Below are positions 21,120 through 31,804 of a DNA stretch of 64,000 nt, piece after piece. Within the stretch, counting starts at the first letter, position 1. Every line of letters begins with the position of its first letter. A program made the position numbers and the translations under genes. Origin of the DNA: Candidatus Bathyarchaeota archaeon (GTDB lineage Archaea; Thermoproteota; Bathyarchaeia; Bathyarchaeales; Bathycorpusculaceae); the NCBI GenBank assembly GCA_963782525.1, contig CAWAKC010000011.1:64001-128000 (forward strand), written 5' to 3'. Below the pieces are notes generated by a model that saw only the letters and a list, made by a program, of their open reading frames with translations, had not been told where the DNA came from and did no database searches.

Positions 21120-21694
21120 ACTTGAGTTTTGTTTTTCTCATTGATTTGTATAAAGAGGTCTAATTCGGCGTTTGTTATGCCTGCTTGGCGTAGTTTAGCA
21201 ATGCAGGTTTGGTATCGTTTTTCGGTAAGCTTAACGGACTTAATGGGTTCTCCTTTTGTGCTTGTAAAGTGATTGGTTTCTTTGGAGGCTCTGTCTTTTT
21301 TTAGAACTATGCGTTGCTCTTTAAATCGATTGAGCGCTTCGCAGTCCTTAGTTAACATGCCAAACATAGTGTTTGGAAATTGTCTACAGCCCTCAGGCCG
21401 GATTTCGTAAATTGAACAGGACTTGTCAACGAGAAAAGGGCATGGGTTGTGCATGATGTAATGGTCGTATTCTGCTTCGCCAGTTTCAAATATTTCTCCC
21501 AACGATTCAAAGAGCGCTTTTAATTTAGCTTGGACCTCGGAGTTTTCTTGAGGTTTGACTTTGACTTCTCCTGCCGTCAAAAAATCATCAAGAGTACAAC
21601 AAACGCCACATCGACTGCACAAGAACGGCAGGTTAACAGACCAATCGCCCTTTTTGCTTTTAAATTCTAAATGCAGATAAAACGTGTCAACCAT
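21116..21694 (-). CDS. YkgJ-family cysteine-cluster protein
   Basis: CSRCGVCC...CPFL...CSIYEIRPEGCRQFP. Confidence 0.85.
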   Translation of the reverse strand: MVDTFYLHLEFKSKKGDWSVNLPFLCSRCGVCCTLDDFLTAGEVKVKPQENSEVQAKLKALFESLGEIFETGEAEYDHYIMHNPCPFLVDKSCSIYEIRPEGCRQFPNTMFGMLTKDCEALNRFKEQRIVLKKDRASKETNHFTSTKGEPIKSVKLTEKRYQTCIAKLRQAGITNAELDLFIQINEKNKTQV

Positions 21695-21702
21695 CTAAGT
21701 GT

Positions 21703-23136
21703 TCATTCGTCCTTAGGCTTTTTGTTCTCTTTTCTGATGAAATCCCTTTCCACATAGAATAGTATTACGATTAGCCAAACTATGCCGAGTGCCATGAGGA
21801 CTAATTCGGCTAATGCTGTAATGTCAAATTGCGATATTGCTTCAGCAAAGGAGGTGCCTCCCAAAGAAAGCGGTGACCCAGGCATTATTTTTGGTGTTGG
21901 GCTCGGGGTCGGTGGAGGTGTTTGTGTAGGTATCGGTGTAGTTGTTGGTTCTGGTGTCGGAGTTGGAGAGGAAATTGGAGTATAAATGGCGGTTGGTCTG
22001 GGGGGTGGTGTTATCGTTGGCACAGGAATTGGCGTGGGATAAGGTGTCGGTGTTGGGGCGGGGACTAAGTTAATGTTTTGTATTGGTGGTGCTTGCGGGT
22101 TTGACTCATTTAAGTAAGGAGAAAAATTGACGGTTCCTAAGGTCGTGGAATTTTTATAGTCATAGATCGTTTGATTGATAGCTGTGGCATCTGCGGTTCC
22201 CCACCAGTTATATGGTGCATCAATTGAAGTCGTTAATGTCAGTTGAAAATTATATTTGGTGTTCCCAAAAAAGTTGTTTTGGGTTATGTTACTGTTAATA
22301 TTTGAATCCATTAATCCAACTTGGTTGTTTCCAAAGGTGTTGTTTCTTATTGTTCCCCCTCCATTGATTCCAATGGTATTATTTGCAAACGTGTTTCCTT
22401 CGATAGTTGCAGTGCTGATTGGCGTCGACAATCCAAATGTGTTGGATGTTACCAGATTTCTTGTTATCGTCGCATTGCCTGTTACGTAAATCCCAACATA
22501 GCAACCAGTTATGTTGTTGTCAGAAAAGAAAACGTTGTTTCCACAGCTAATCCCATAGTTGCCAGCACCGCTGGATTTGATAAAATTCCCTGAAATAACG
22601 GGGAAACCAGAATAGCCATTGCTAGTAGTGAGGCATGTAGCCCGTGTATCGAGGGCATTGTTTACAATTAAGGGAGAACCACCAGATACACTTATGGAAG
22701 TTAATTGGTTGTTGGTGAAGTAGTTGTTGCTTATTTTAGGGGAACTGTTACTAACGGTTATGCTTACTGAATTGAATATTGCGTTGTCAACGATGCAACC
22801 AGTGTTCGAGGTAGGGCTCCAACTTTTGCTTGTAGATAGGAATTGGACTCGGATATTGTAAAAGAAGTATGATGTTTGAAAGATAATTTTGTTATCCCTT
22901 GTTCCGGCAGCGTTTAATGTTCCACCTATCATCAACGAAAAGGATGCAAGATCGACGGTTGTGCCGGGTTCTATAGTTAAAGTGACGCCAGCATTTACGG
23001 TAACGCTTCCCATGAGAATGTATGGGGTGTTGGCTTGGGTCCAAGTGGTGTCCTGAGTGATTGTTCCACTTACTGGAGTAGAAGCATGCACGTTAGCGAC
23101 TAGAAACAGGCTGATTACCAAAGTCGCGATAACCAA
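21703..23136 (-). CDS. secreted right-handed beta-helix (NosD-like repeats) protein with P/T linker and TM
   Basis: Paralog of 17919..19232 (DTTWT, LTIEPG, NWWG); Asn-ladder repeats; start uncertain. Confidence 0.8.
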   Translation of the reverse strand: MVIATLVISLFLVANVHASTPVSGTITQDTTWTQANTPYILMGSVTVNAGVTLTIEPGTTVDLASFSLMIGGTLNAAGTRDNKIIFQTSYFFYNIRVQFLSTSKSWSPTSNTGCIVDNAIFNSVSITVSNSSPKISNNYFTNNQLTSISVSGGSPLIVNNALDTRATCLTTSNGYSGFPVISGNFIKSSGAGNYGISCGNNVFFSDNNITGCYVGIYVTGNATITRNLVTSNTFGLSTPISTATIEGNTFANNTIGINGGGTIRNNTFGNNQVGLMDSNINSNITQNNFFGNTKYNFQLTLTTSIDAPYNWWGTADATAINQTIYDYKNSTTLGTVNFSPYLNESNPQAPPIQNINLVPAPTPTPYPTPIPVPTITPPPRPTAIYTPISSPTPTPEPTTTPIPTQTPPPTPSPTPKIMPGSPLSLGGTSFAEAISQFDITALAELVLMALGIVWLIVILFYVERDFIRKENKKPKDE

Positions 23137-23234
23137 CGTCAGCCAGATGAGCTTTCTCGTTCTTCCACCACACTAAGGTGGCTGGCTGAAAATTTAAAAC
23201 TATGCAGAAACACTAAACATAAAAAAAAGATGTT

Positions 23235-24677
23235 TTACCTGATTTTACGGTCTAATATTGTTCCGTTGGCATCGATGAGTTTTATTTCAAGGGGCATCTG
23301 TCCGACGGCGTGTGTTGCGCAGCTGAGGCATGGGTCGAAGGCTCGAATGACGGCTTCTACGCGGTTTAGCATGCCTTCTTGGAGCTCGCGGGCTTTGACG
23401 TATTTTTTGGCTACTTGCGTTACCGCCTTGTTGTAGGCGATGTTGTTGTGTTCGGTTGCGATGATCATGTTGTTCCATGTTATCATGCCTTGGGTGTCCA
23501 CTTTGTAGTGGTGGATGAGTGTGCCTCTTGGCGCTTCTGCGACGCCGACACCTTCGTAGTTGTTGACTAGGGCTTTGGATGTGACGTGTTCAGATAGAAT
23601 TTCTGGGTCATGTAGCAAGTCTTTGGCGTTTTCGATGCAGAACAACATTTCGATTAAGCGTGCGTAGTGGTAGTGGAAGGTGCTTTGGACGACGCCGTTC
23701 TTGCCTAACTTCTTAAATTGCTTTAGTTCCTCGTCTGCTAAGGGGGTGCCGCAATGGGTTGCCACGTTTAGTCTTGCTAGTGGTCCGACCCGGTAGGCGC
23801 CGTCTGGGTAACCGATGGCTTTGAAGTAGGGGAACTTCATGAAAGAATATGGTTCAACTGCTTCTCCAATGAAGTCTCTGTAAGTTGTTGGGTCAACGCA
23901 TTCTGCAGCCACTTTGCCGTTTGGATCCATGATTCGGAGAGTGCCGTCGTAGTGTTCTAAGCCGCCGTCTGGAGCCACCAAGCCCATGTAGTAGGATGGG
24001 AAGTTGCCGAAGTTCTCAACCTCTTCCCCAAAGTCACCGAGCATTTTCTTATACAACTCAAGCGTCTTCTGAGTGCCGTCCAATGCTTCGGGCAGGTTGG
24101 CGCATAGGTAATCAGCTCTTTCCTGAGTAAGCGGCCATTTGGCCCCGCCTGGCAGTATCCAATCGCTGGAATGGATTTTTTTGCCAGCGACTCTTTCAAT
24201 TATTTCTTGTCCAAACTTGCGTAGTTTGATCCCGCGCATTGCTAATTCAGGGTTCTTTTCAATCAAGCCAAACACATTTCGCTGGGCAGGGTCAGAATCA
24301 AAACCCAACAGTAAATCGGGTGAGGATAGATGGAAAAAGTTGAGGGCATGGGATTGAATTAGTTGTCCCATGTGCATAAGGCGACGCAGCATTATAGCGG
24401 TTTTTGGTGGGTTCACTCCGACGATGGCGTCGCAGGCTTTGGCAGAGGCTAAGAGGTGGCTGACAGGGCAAATGCCACAGGCTCGGCTTGTTATGCTGGG
24501 CATTTCGTAGAAGGGTCTGCCTTCGGTGAATTTTTCGAAACCGCGGAAGTCCACTACTTTGAAGAGGGCTTCATTTACGGTGTCATCTTGGTTTAGCAAA
24601 ATCGTTACTTGTGCGTGTCCTTCAATGCGTGTGATGGGGCTTATTGTGATTTTCTTTTTGTTTTCTAGTTTAGCCAT
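23235..24677 (-). CDS. hoxH: group 3d [NiFe]-hydrogenase large subunit
   Basis: TRIEGH, L1 motif [16 protein letters not shown]2 motif DPCLSCATH plus C-terminal extension. Confidence 0.93.
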   Translation of the reverse strand: MAKLENKKKITISPITRIEGHAQVTILLNQDDTVNEALFKVVDFRGFEKFTEGRPFYEMPSITSRACGICPVSHLLASAKACDAIVGVNPPKTAIMLRRLMHMGQLIQSHALNFFHLSSPDLLLGFDSDPAQRNVFGLIEKNPELAMRGIKLRKFGQEIIERVAGKKIHSSDWILPGGAKWPLTQERADYLCANLPEALDGTQKTLELYKKMLGDFGEEVENFGNFPSYYMGLVAPDGGLEHYDGTLRIMDPNGKVAAECVDPTTYRDFIGEAVEPYSFMKFPYFKAIGYPDGAYRVGPLARLNVATHCGTPLADEELKQFKKLGKNGVVQSTFHYHYARLIEMLFCIENAKDLLHDPEILSEHVTSKALVNNYEGVGVAEAPRGTLIHHYKVDTQGMITWNNMIIATEHNNIAYNKAVTQVAKKYVKARELQEGMLNRVEAVIRAFDPCLSCATHAVGQMPLEIKLIDANGTILDRKIR

Positions 24678-25212
24678 ATTTTGATCTTCCCTCCATTACG
24701 GGTGCCCTGCCAGCCAACAGCTCTGTTAAGACGTAGTTTATGAGGTCGGCGTGGGGTGGGCACCCAGGAATGAAAAAGTCAACTTTAACGATTTCATGCA
24801 GTGGACGGGCGTGAATCAACAATTTGGGCACGGAGGTTGGGATGGCGGCGTTGAGGTCAGTGGGGTCCTTGTAAGCACGTTCCAACACGGCTTGGTCGCT
24901 GTGACGCCAAGAATTCCGCAACGCAGTGACGTTGCCCGTGACGGCGCAGTCGCCCAATGAAATCAGGATTTTTGTTCTTGAGCGGACTTTCTTTAGCATA
25001 GCAAGTTGCTCTTCATTTGCTACGGCGCCTTCGATGAGTGTGGCGTCGACGTTTTCCGGGAACTCCTTCACATCGGCAATTGGGCTGTAAACCAAAGTTA
25101 TCTTCTTCGCCAAATCCACTAGTCGCTCGTCCTGGTCAAGGAAGCTCATGTGGCAACCTGAGCAACCGCTAAGCCAAACCGTCGCTACACGGACTTTTGT
25201 GTTTGCGCTCAT
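24670..25212 (-). CDS. hoxY: [NiFe]-hydrogenase small subunit
   Basis: WLSGCSGCHMS, GDCA, IPGCPP; 180 aa, single-cluster type. Confidence 0.93.
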   Translation of the reverse strand: MSANTKVRVATVWLSGCSGCHMSFLDQDERLVDLAKKITLVYSPIADVKEFPENVDATLIEGAVANEEQLAMLKKVRSRTKILISLGDCAVTGNVTALRNSWRHSDQAVLERAYKDPTDLNAAIPTSVPKLLIHARPLHEIVKVDFFIPGCPPHADLINYVLTELLAGRAPVMEGRSKYG

Positions 25213-25916
25213 TTGCGGTTCCTTCTATCAAGAATGAACTCTGCTATATCCCGTTTCTTGGTATGTTCGATTGGTTCGCCTTCGATGTAGATGGCTCCGA
25301 CTGGGCACACTTTGGCACATTTGCGGCAAGAAGTACAGGAGCAAGCTTTAGCCCAGTTCTCGTCTAGATCCATGATGACCTGTGAGTCTTTGCCTCGGAG
25401 CTTTAAGTCAAGGGTGTGGACGCCTTCGATTTGGTCGCAGACGCGAATGCATCTTGTACAAAGGATGCAACGGTTGCGATCGATTACGAGGAAGTCATGG
25501 GTTGAGTCAATTTCGTCGTGGCTCCAGTTCCGCTCAAACATGACGTGGTCGACTCCAAGTTGGTTAGCCAATGCTTGAAGTTCACAGTGATCGTCAGCGA
25601 CACATACTGAGCAGATGTGCGTGCGTTCTGCAAGGAGCAATTGAACTGCCATTTTTCGGTATTCTTTTAGTTTGTCAGATTGGGTAGTTACTTCCATGCT
25701 TGGTCCTACAGGTGTGATGCAGGCAGGGAAAAGTTTAGGTGTTCCACTGACTTCAACGAGGCAAAGTCGGCATCCGCCGTACGCTGTTAAGCCTTCAAGG
25801 TTGCAGAGTGTTGGGATGATTATGCCGTTTTCCGTTGCAGCCTTAAGGATGGTAATGCCCTCGGGGACAGTGACTTCGACGCCGTCGATTTTTAGTTTAA
25901 CAAGGTTAACGCTCAT
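25209..25916 (-). CDS. hoxU: diaphorase Fe-S subunit
   Basis: IPTLC..GGCRLC..C; HICSVC..C; CILCTRC..C; CTSCRKC..CP. Confidence 0.92.
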   Translation of the reverse strand: MSVNLVKLKIDGVEVTVPEGITILKAATENGIIIPTLCNLEGLTAYGGCRLCLVEVSGTPKLFPACITPVGPSMEVTTQSDKLKEYRKMAVQLLLAERTHICSVCVADDHCELQALANQLGVDHVMFERNWSHDEIDSTHDFLVIDRNRCILCTRCIRVCDQIEGVHTLDLKLRGKDSQVIMDLDENWAKACSCTSCRKCAKVCPVGAIYIEGEPIEHTKKRDIAEFILDRRNRK

Positions 25917-27564
25917 TCAATTCCTCCTCATCGCGGGTTTTGAAGCATTTATCCGCCTCACACTGCTTATCCACAATATGCTTAACATACTCGTCTTTGA
26001 AGTAACGCAGAGTCGTGATGATTGGGTTAGGCGCTGTCTGCCCCAATCCGCAGAGGCTGGCATCGCGGATATAAACACTAGATTTTTCTAAAGTGGCGAT
26101 GTCGCTCATTTCTCCTTGTCCATGAGTGATTTTCTCGAAGATTTCTTTCATTCGAGCTAAGCCTGCTCGGCAAGGTGTGCATTTGCCGCAGGATTCGTCG
26201 ATGCAGAATTCAGTAAAGAACCGGGCAGTGTCAACCATGCAGGAGTCTTCATCGATTACGACTATTCCACCTGAGCCCATGATTGCACCAACCTTGGTTA
26301 AGGAGTCATAGTCGATGGGGATTTCCAGAAGGGTGTCTGGCAGACAACCCCCTGAGGGTCCCCCGACGAGAACAGCTTTGAATTTTTTGCTGTCAGGAAC
26401 TCCGCCACCAATGTCAAACACGACTTCCCTGAGAGAGATGCCCATGGGCACTTCAATTAAGCCAGGGTTGTTAATTTTGCCAGTCAACGAGAAGCATTTG
26501 GTTCCAGAACATTTTGGTGTGCCTGTCTTTGAGAACCAGTATCCTCCGTTCTGGACGATAAGCGGTATATTAGCTAACGTTTCCACGTTCTGAATAAGCG
26601 TAGGTTTCTGCCAAAGTCCAGAGTTAGCTGGGTATGGAGGGCGTGGGCGAGGCATCGCTCTTCGACCTTCAACTGAAGCCAGAATAGCCGTTTCTTCCCC
26701 AGCCACGAATGCGCCTGCGCCGAAACGAAGTTCCAGGTCAAATTTGAATGTTGTTTCCAATATTTTTTCTCCCAGCAGCGACATCGCTTTTGCTTGAGCG
26801 ATGGCTTTCTGCAGGGTTTGAATGGCGAGTGGATATTCGGAGCGGATGTAGATGTATCCTTTCTCGGCTCCTATTGCATATGCGGCTATGAGCATGCCTT
26901 CGATTATGGCGTGGGGGTCAGCTTCGGCTAAAGTTCTGTTGGCGAAGACACCTGGGTCGCCTTCATCGAGGTTTGCCACTATGTATTTTGGTGTATTATG
27001 TGATCTAGACACTAAACTCCATTTTTGTCCCGTTGGAAACCCCGCGCCGCCTCTTCCTCTAAGACCGCTTGTGACGACTTCATAGATTACGCCTTGCGGT
27101 GTCATGGTGGCTAGACATTTAGCTAAAGCGGAGTAGCCGCCAGCTGAAATATAATCTTGAATTCTTGACGGATCAATTTTTCCAGCGTTCCGCAGAACGA
27201 GTCTGTGCTGTTTTTGGAAGTACGCTTCGTTTTTGTAGAGCATTTCTTTGACGGGTAACCCTAAAACTATGTGGTCGCGGACGATTTCTCTTACTTTTTC
27301 GGGGGTTACGCTTTGGTAGAGGTAGTCGCCTGGTTCAACAAGCACCGCTGGACCAACTGAGCATGTACCTATGCAGCCTGTTCGGGCAACTTTGCATTCT
27401 TTTTCCACTCCGAATTCTTTAACTGCTTCTTCGAAGGCCTTGAGTACTTTCAAGGCGCCAAATGGCACACAACCGCTTGAGCAGCATACGTTGATGCGGT
27501 ACTTGTAGGCTCTTTGAAAATCAAGTTCTTGCTCAGCTATCTTCTGTAAATCATCAAGTTTCAA
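25906..27564 (-). CDS. hoxF: diaphorase FMN/NAD-binding subunit (NuoF-like)
   Basis: N-terminal thioredoxin-like 2Fe-2S domain; GRGGAGFPTG; DEGDPG; GEETA; ESCGKCTPCR...C. Confidence 0.92.
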   Translation of the reverse strand: MKLDDLQKIAEQELDFQRAYKYRINVCCSSGCVPFGALKVLKAFEEAVKEFGVEKECKVARTGCIGTCSVGPAVLVEPGDYLYQSVTPEKVREIVRDHIVLGLPVKEMLYKNEAYFQKQHRLVLRNAGKIDPSRIQDYISAGGYSALAKCLATMTPQGVIYEVVTSGLRGRGGAGFPTGQKWSLVSRSHNTPKYIVANLDEGDPGVFANRTLAEADPHAIIEGMLIAAYAIGAEKGYIYIRSEYPLAIQTLQKAIAQAKAMSLLGEKILETTFKFDLELRFGAGAFVAGEETAILASVEGRRAMPRPRPPYPANSGLWQKPTLIQNVETLANIPLIVQNGGYWFSKTGTPKCSGTKCFSLTGKINNPGLIEVPMGISLREVVFDIGGGVPDSKKFKAVLVGGPSGGCLPDTLLEIPIDYDSLTKVGAIMGSGGIVVIDEDSCMVDTARFFTEFCIDESCGKCTPCRAGLARMKEIFEKITHGQGEMSDIATLEKSSVYIRDASLCGLGQTAPNPIITTLRYFKDEYVKHIVDKQCEADKCFKTRDEEELNER

Positions 27565-28042
27565 CTTTAACCCCTCCCAGTGCTTCCTTTATTTTTTGAA
27601 TTACAACCTCTTTGGTTGCTTTTCCGATAACTTGGTCGTCTACAACAATGTTTGGCGCCATGGCGCATGCGCCGATGCAGCGGGTTAAAAGCAGGGAGAG
27701 CTTGCCGTCTGCTGTGGAGCCTCCTCGTTTGAGGTCAAATTTTTCTTCAATGGCCTCAATGATTTGCTCCACACCCTTCACGTAGCAAGCAGTGCCTAAG
27801 CAACCTGTAACGACGTGTTCACCTGATTTTTTAAGTTTAAAGAAGCTGTAAAATGTAACTACGCCAAAAACGTGGCTTGGAGGAAGATTCAATGAGCCAG
27901 AAATATCCATAAGTAAATCTTTGTCTAAATAACCGTAAATTTCCTGAGCTTGATGTAGGATTTCCAGTAGAGCGCTTTCTTGGTAATTATTGTCTTTCAA
28001 GACTTTTTCCAGCAACGCACGCCTTTTATCGTCTCTTATCAA
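27554..28042 (-). CDS. hoxE: NuoE-like 2Fe-2S subunit
   Basis: LHQAQEIYGYL, GVVTFYSFF, CLGTAC, CIGAC. Confidence 0.92.
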   Translation of the reverse strand: MIRDDKRRALLEKVLKDNNYQESALLEILHQAQEIYGYLDKDLLMDISGSLNLPPSHVFGVVTFYSFFKLKKSGEHVVTGCLGTACYVKGVEQIIEAIEEKFDLKRGGSTADGKLSLLLTRCIGACAMAPNIVVDDQVIGKATKEVVIQKIKEALGGVKVET

Positions 28043-28251
28043 GAACTATTTTCCTCCGTAACGTTGTTTTTCGTTAATACGATCTAAAGGCTTACAGAAG
28101 TGGAAATATAAAAGGGTACAGGAAACATTTCGCCAGGCTTTGCCATGAAAAAATCAGCTTGAAATTGAATAATTTTCTATGACGAGTGATTTGATTTAGT
28201 TTGAATAAAAATTAAAAATGAAAAATAGCCCTTTGAGAAAGGGAAAAAAAA

Positions 28252-31071
28252 TTACGCGGGGGTTGCTTCTTTTGTTTCTTTGATTGTTTTTTTGCTGTTG
28301 GAAACGGCTATTGCTTGCAGTTGTTCTTCCTGAGTTGCTTTTGGGGGTTCGGGTAGGTTTATGCATCGGAAATCGATGTCTTCGTCTTTGAGGTTGAGGG
28401 TGGCTTTAACGGTGCCGTCGGTTAAGTATTCAATGTTGAAGCCCATCTTCTTTGTCAGGCTTAAAGCTCGGTAATTATCTTGTAGTATTATTGCGTCGAT
28501 TTTTTCGATGCCTTTTTCCTTCGCAATATCAAGTGTGTAATCAACCATTTTGGTGCCTAAGCCTAAGCCCTGCCAGTAATCACTCACAAGAAACGCCATT
28601 TCACCGCTTTTTTCATCGGATTCAAGGGTGAGGCGGCTGACACCGAGGATTTTGCGTTTGCCGTTTTCAACCATTTCAGCAACTAAAGCGATTTCGCGGT
28701 CGTAGTCAATGTTGCAGTAGCGTACGCGGACTTCGTGGGGGGTGTCCTTCAGCATTTGGAAGAACCTGTAACGTATGGATTCTTCTGATAGGCTCTGGAA
28801 CATTTCCAGCCACATCGGTTCATCTTCGGGTTTTATTGGGCGCAACAGGACTTCTTGGCCGTTTTTGAGTAACCACAGCACCTCGTATTTCTTAGGGTAT
28901 GGGCTGATAACCATGTGTTCATGGGGTTCAAATTTCTTGCAGACCTTGTCTTTGTCGACGACTATACGAGCATCGAGGACGGTTGCGTCTTTTTGGTTGA
29001 TTAGCAAGGGGTTTATGTCGATTTCTTTTATCTGTGGAAAATCAACCAGTAGCTGAGAGAACATTAGCACGGTTTCGTCGAGTTTTTTGAGGTCTACTGG
29101 TGGTGCATTTCGCCAGCCTTTGAGTAAACGGTAGACTTTGGTTTCTTCCATCATGCGGTGGATAAGGGTTGTGTTTAATGGTGGGAGCCCAATGGAGTAG
29201 TCTTTGAAGAGTTCGACGCCTACGCCGCCCATGCCGAAGAGAATTACTGGACCGAAAACTGGGTCGGTTTTTCCGCCTATAATGATTTCGTGGCCTTTCT
29301 TCTCAATCATTGGTTGAACTGTGACGCCGATGATTTGGGCGTTGGGGTTGTATGCGGTTGCTCTTTGAATTAGAAGTTCGAATGCTTCACGGACTTCACG
29401 CGGTGAATTAACATTTAAGATTACTCCGCCGGCGTCACTCTTGTGGACGATTTGGGGTGAGAGAATCTTGAGGACAACGGGGAAACCCATTTCCTGTGAA
29501 AACGCAACAGCTTCATCAACGTTGTTGGCGACTGCGGTTTTTACGACTGGGAAATTGTAGTATTTGAGGATTTTTTTTGCTTCATCTTCAGTTAAGATTT
29601 CGCGGCCTTCGAATGCAGCGTTTCTCAAAATTGCCATGATGGGGCGTTTTGGTGGAGCTGAATCGACTGGCAGTTCTTCGGGGGTTTCATAGAGGAGGTC
29701 GATGTTGCGTTGGTAATTGTACATGTACATGTACGTTCGGGTTGCTTGTTCGGGTGTGTTGTAGGTTGGGATGTTGTTTGCATTGAGAATGTTGTTTGCT
29801 TCTTGCACTGCGCCAAAACCCATGAATGATGTTAAGATAGTTTTGTTCTGGAAGGTTTTGCTGCGAACAAGCTCCACTATGCTTTTAGCTATTTCAACGG
29901 ATTCTGAAACTGCCTGTTGAGTGAAGATAATCAGAATTCCATCGATGTTTTCATCGTTTAAGCATCCTTCGACAGCAGCTTTGTACCGCTCGGACTTTGC
30001 GTCTCCTAAAACGTCGATTGGGTTGCCATGGCTCCAGAAAGGAGGTAAGACAGCGTTAAGAGAATCCAAGGTTTTCTGGCTAAGTTTTGCTATTTTGCCG
30101 CCTTGGGCGATGAGTGCGTCGGTTGCCATGACTCCAGGTCCGCCAGCGTTGGTGATTATGGCGAGTCTGGGTCCCTGAGGCAAGGGTTGTGTTCCTAAAA
30201 CCTCGGCGGCGTTGAATAGGTCTGCTATTTCGTTTACTCGGACTATACCTGCTCGTTTGAAGGCTGCGTCATAGATGCTGTCTTCGCCTGAGAGTGAGCC
30301 TGTGTGGGAGGCTGCGGCTTTTGCGCTTTCTGAGAATTTGCCTGATTTAACAACTATGATTGGTTTGGTTCTTGCGAAGTGTCTTGCAGCGCTCATGAAT
30401 TTGCGGGCTTCAGTTATGCCTTCAACGTACATGAGGATGCTTTTGGTTTTTGGGTCGGAACCAAAATAATCGATTAAATCGCCGAAGTCTACATCAATCA
30501 TGGATCCGACTGAGACGAAGTTGCTGAAGCCTATGTTTTCATGGATTGCCCAGTCAAGGATTGCAGAGCCCAACGCACCGCTTTGTGACAGAAACGCTAT
30601 GTTGCCGGATTTTGGCATTTTATCGAGGAAAGTGGCGTTGAGGTTGTTTCTGGGGCGGATGATGCCGATGCAGTTTGGACCGATAACTCTGATGCCATAT
30701 TTTTTGGCGACTTCAGTTATTTTTTCTTCTAGGGCTTTTCCTGGTGCACCCGTTTCTTTGAAGCCTGCGGAGACGATGATTACGCCTTTTACATGTGCTT
30801 TGCCGCATTCCTCCATAACATCTGGGACGGTTTTTGCTGGAGTTGCAATTATGGCTAAGTCGACGGGTTCAGGAATCTGATCGACAGTTGGGTAAGTTTT
30901 TACTCCTAAAATCTCAGGTTTTCTGAAGTTAACGAAGAAAACTTTACCGGTATAACCCATCTGAGTAAAATTTTTAACTATAGCGTAACCAACTGAGCCT
31001 TCAACGTCGCTGGCTCCGACGATGGCTACATTTTGAGGGTTGAAAATCTTGTCAAGGTTTAGGGTACCCAT
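28252..31071 (-). CDS. NDP-forming acyl-CoA synthetase (alpha+beta) fused to C-terminal GNAT (Pat/PatZ-like)
   Basis: GPNC, SQSGA, SHTGSL, NAGG, NPID; ATP-grasp HKSDAGGV, DINPL; GNAT IRYRFF..WQGLGLG. Alternative TTG start at 31101. Confidence 0.9.
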   Translation of the reverse strand: MGTLNLDKIFNPQNVAIVGASDVEGSVGYAIVKNFTQMGYTGKVFFVNFRKPEILGVKTYPTVDQIPEPVDLAIIATPAKTVPDVMEECGKAHVKGVIIVSAGFKETGAPGKALEEKITEVAKKYGIRVIGPNCIGIIRPRNNLNATFLDKMPKSGNIAFLSQSGALGSAILDWAIHENIGFSNFVSVGSMIDVDFGDLIDYFGSDPKTKSILMYVEGITEARKFMSAARHFARTKPIIVVKSGKFSESAKAAASHTGSLSGEDSIYDAAFKRAGIVRVNEIADLFNAAEVLGTQPLPQGPRLAIITNAGGPGVMATDALIAQGGKIAKLSQKTLDSLNAVLPPFWSHGNPIDVLGDAKSERYKAAVEGCLNDENIDGILIIFTQQAVSESVEIAKSIVELVRSKTFQNKTILTSFMGFGAVQEANNILNANNIPTYNTPEQATRTYMYMYNYQRNIDLLYETPEELPVDSAPPKRPIMAILRNAAFEGREILTEDEAKKILKYYNFPVVKTAVANNVDEAVAFSQEMGFPVVLKILSPQIVHKSDAGGVILNVNSPREVREAFELLIQRATAYNPNAQIIGVTVQPMIEKKGHEIIIGGKTDPVFGPVILFGMGGVGVELFKDYSIGLPPLNTTLIHRMMEETKVYRLLKGWRNAPPVDLKKLDETVLMFSQLLVDFPQIKEIDINPLLINQKDATVLDARIVVDKDKVCKKFEPHEHMVISPYPKKYEVLWLLKNGQEVLLRPIKPEDEPMWLEMFQSLSEESIRYRFFQMLKDTPHEVRVRYCNIDYDREIALVAEMVENGKRKILGVSRLTLESDEKSGEMAFLVSDYWQGLGLGTKMVDYTLDIAKEKGIEKIDAIILQDNYRALSLTKKMGFNIEYLTDGTVKATLNLKDEDIDFRCINLPEPPKATQEEQLQAIAVSNSKKTIKETKEATPA

Positions 31072-31236
31072 GAATGTTACCTTCTGCTTAGGGTCGTGCA
31101 AACGGGGAAATTAAAGCTTACCGTTCAAGAATCAATATTCTTGAATATAAAACGCATTCTAAGATTAAAAACTAATGTTTATCGAATGATCAGCAAGGAA
31201 CTGTGAAATAGGAAAAAATTGAGTTAAAAAATTGAG

Positions 31237-31692
31237 TTACTGAAAATATTTTTTGATTTCCGCAAGGGAAAGAACTGCAATGCCATTAGCCGTCAACATT
31301 TTTTCAGCGCTCTCGATATCACTGGGGCGCAGAATCAATGCAATTTTGCCGCCGACGTGAACCGCTGACGAGTAAGCGTATTCTATGTTTATGCCGCCGT
31401 CACCAAGAATCTTGGTTATCTTTGAGAGGGTGTTTTCTTCGGAGATGAAAGTAGCCGTAACTTCAGTGTTCTTCTTTGATTTTGCCAAATTAAAATCTGC
31501 GTCTTCCAAAAGTTTCGCGGCTTTTTCAGGTTCCTCAGTAATCAAGCGGACCAAACCGAACTCGCCTTTGTCAGCAATCGAAAGCGCGAAGACTTTGATT
31601 TTGTTCTTGTCCAACTGTGACATTGTCTCAAACAGAGAACCTGGATGGTTATCAAGAAACACGCTGACTTGCGTTATAGGCAAACAGTACAC
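31237..31692 (-). CDS. tandem ACT-domain protein (PaaK/Ior-associated type)
   Basis: QVSVFLDNHPG..ALSIAD..FGLVRL..INIEYAYS. Confidence 0.88.
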   Translation of the reverse strand: MYCLPITQVSVFLDNHPGSLFETMSQLDKNKIKVFALSIADKGEFGLVRLITEEPEKAAKLLEDADFNLAKSKKNTEVTATFISEENTLSKITKILGDGGINIEYAYSSAVHVGGKIALILRPSDIESAEKMLTANGIAVLSLAEIKKYFQ

Positions 31693-31804
31693 CTACACCT
31701 CAATAGTTTGGGTTGATATTTAACTTTAACCAAAATTTTAGGTAAAATGTCATTTTTGACCAACCTTTATATTTCCACATGAATAATTCCTTGCTAATTG
31801 GAGA

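Noticed and set aside
18773-22060. Antisense ORFs rich in G/V/E over P/T/S linkers and other shadow ORFs in the track
   Set aside because: They are reverse-strand reflections of real genes.
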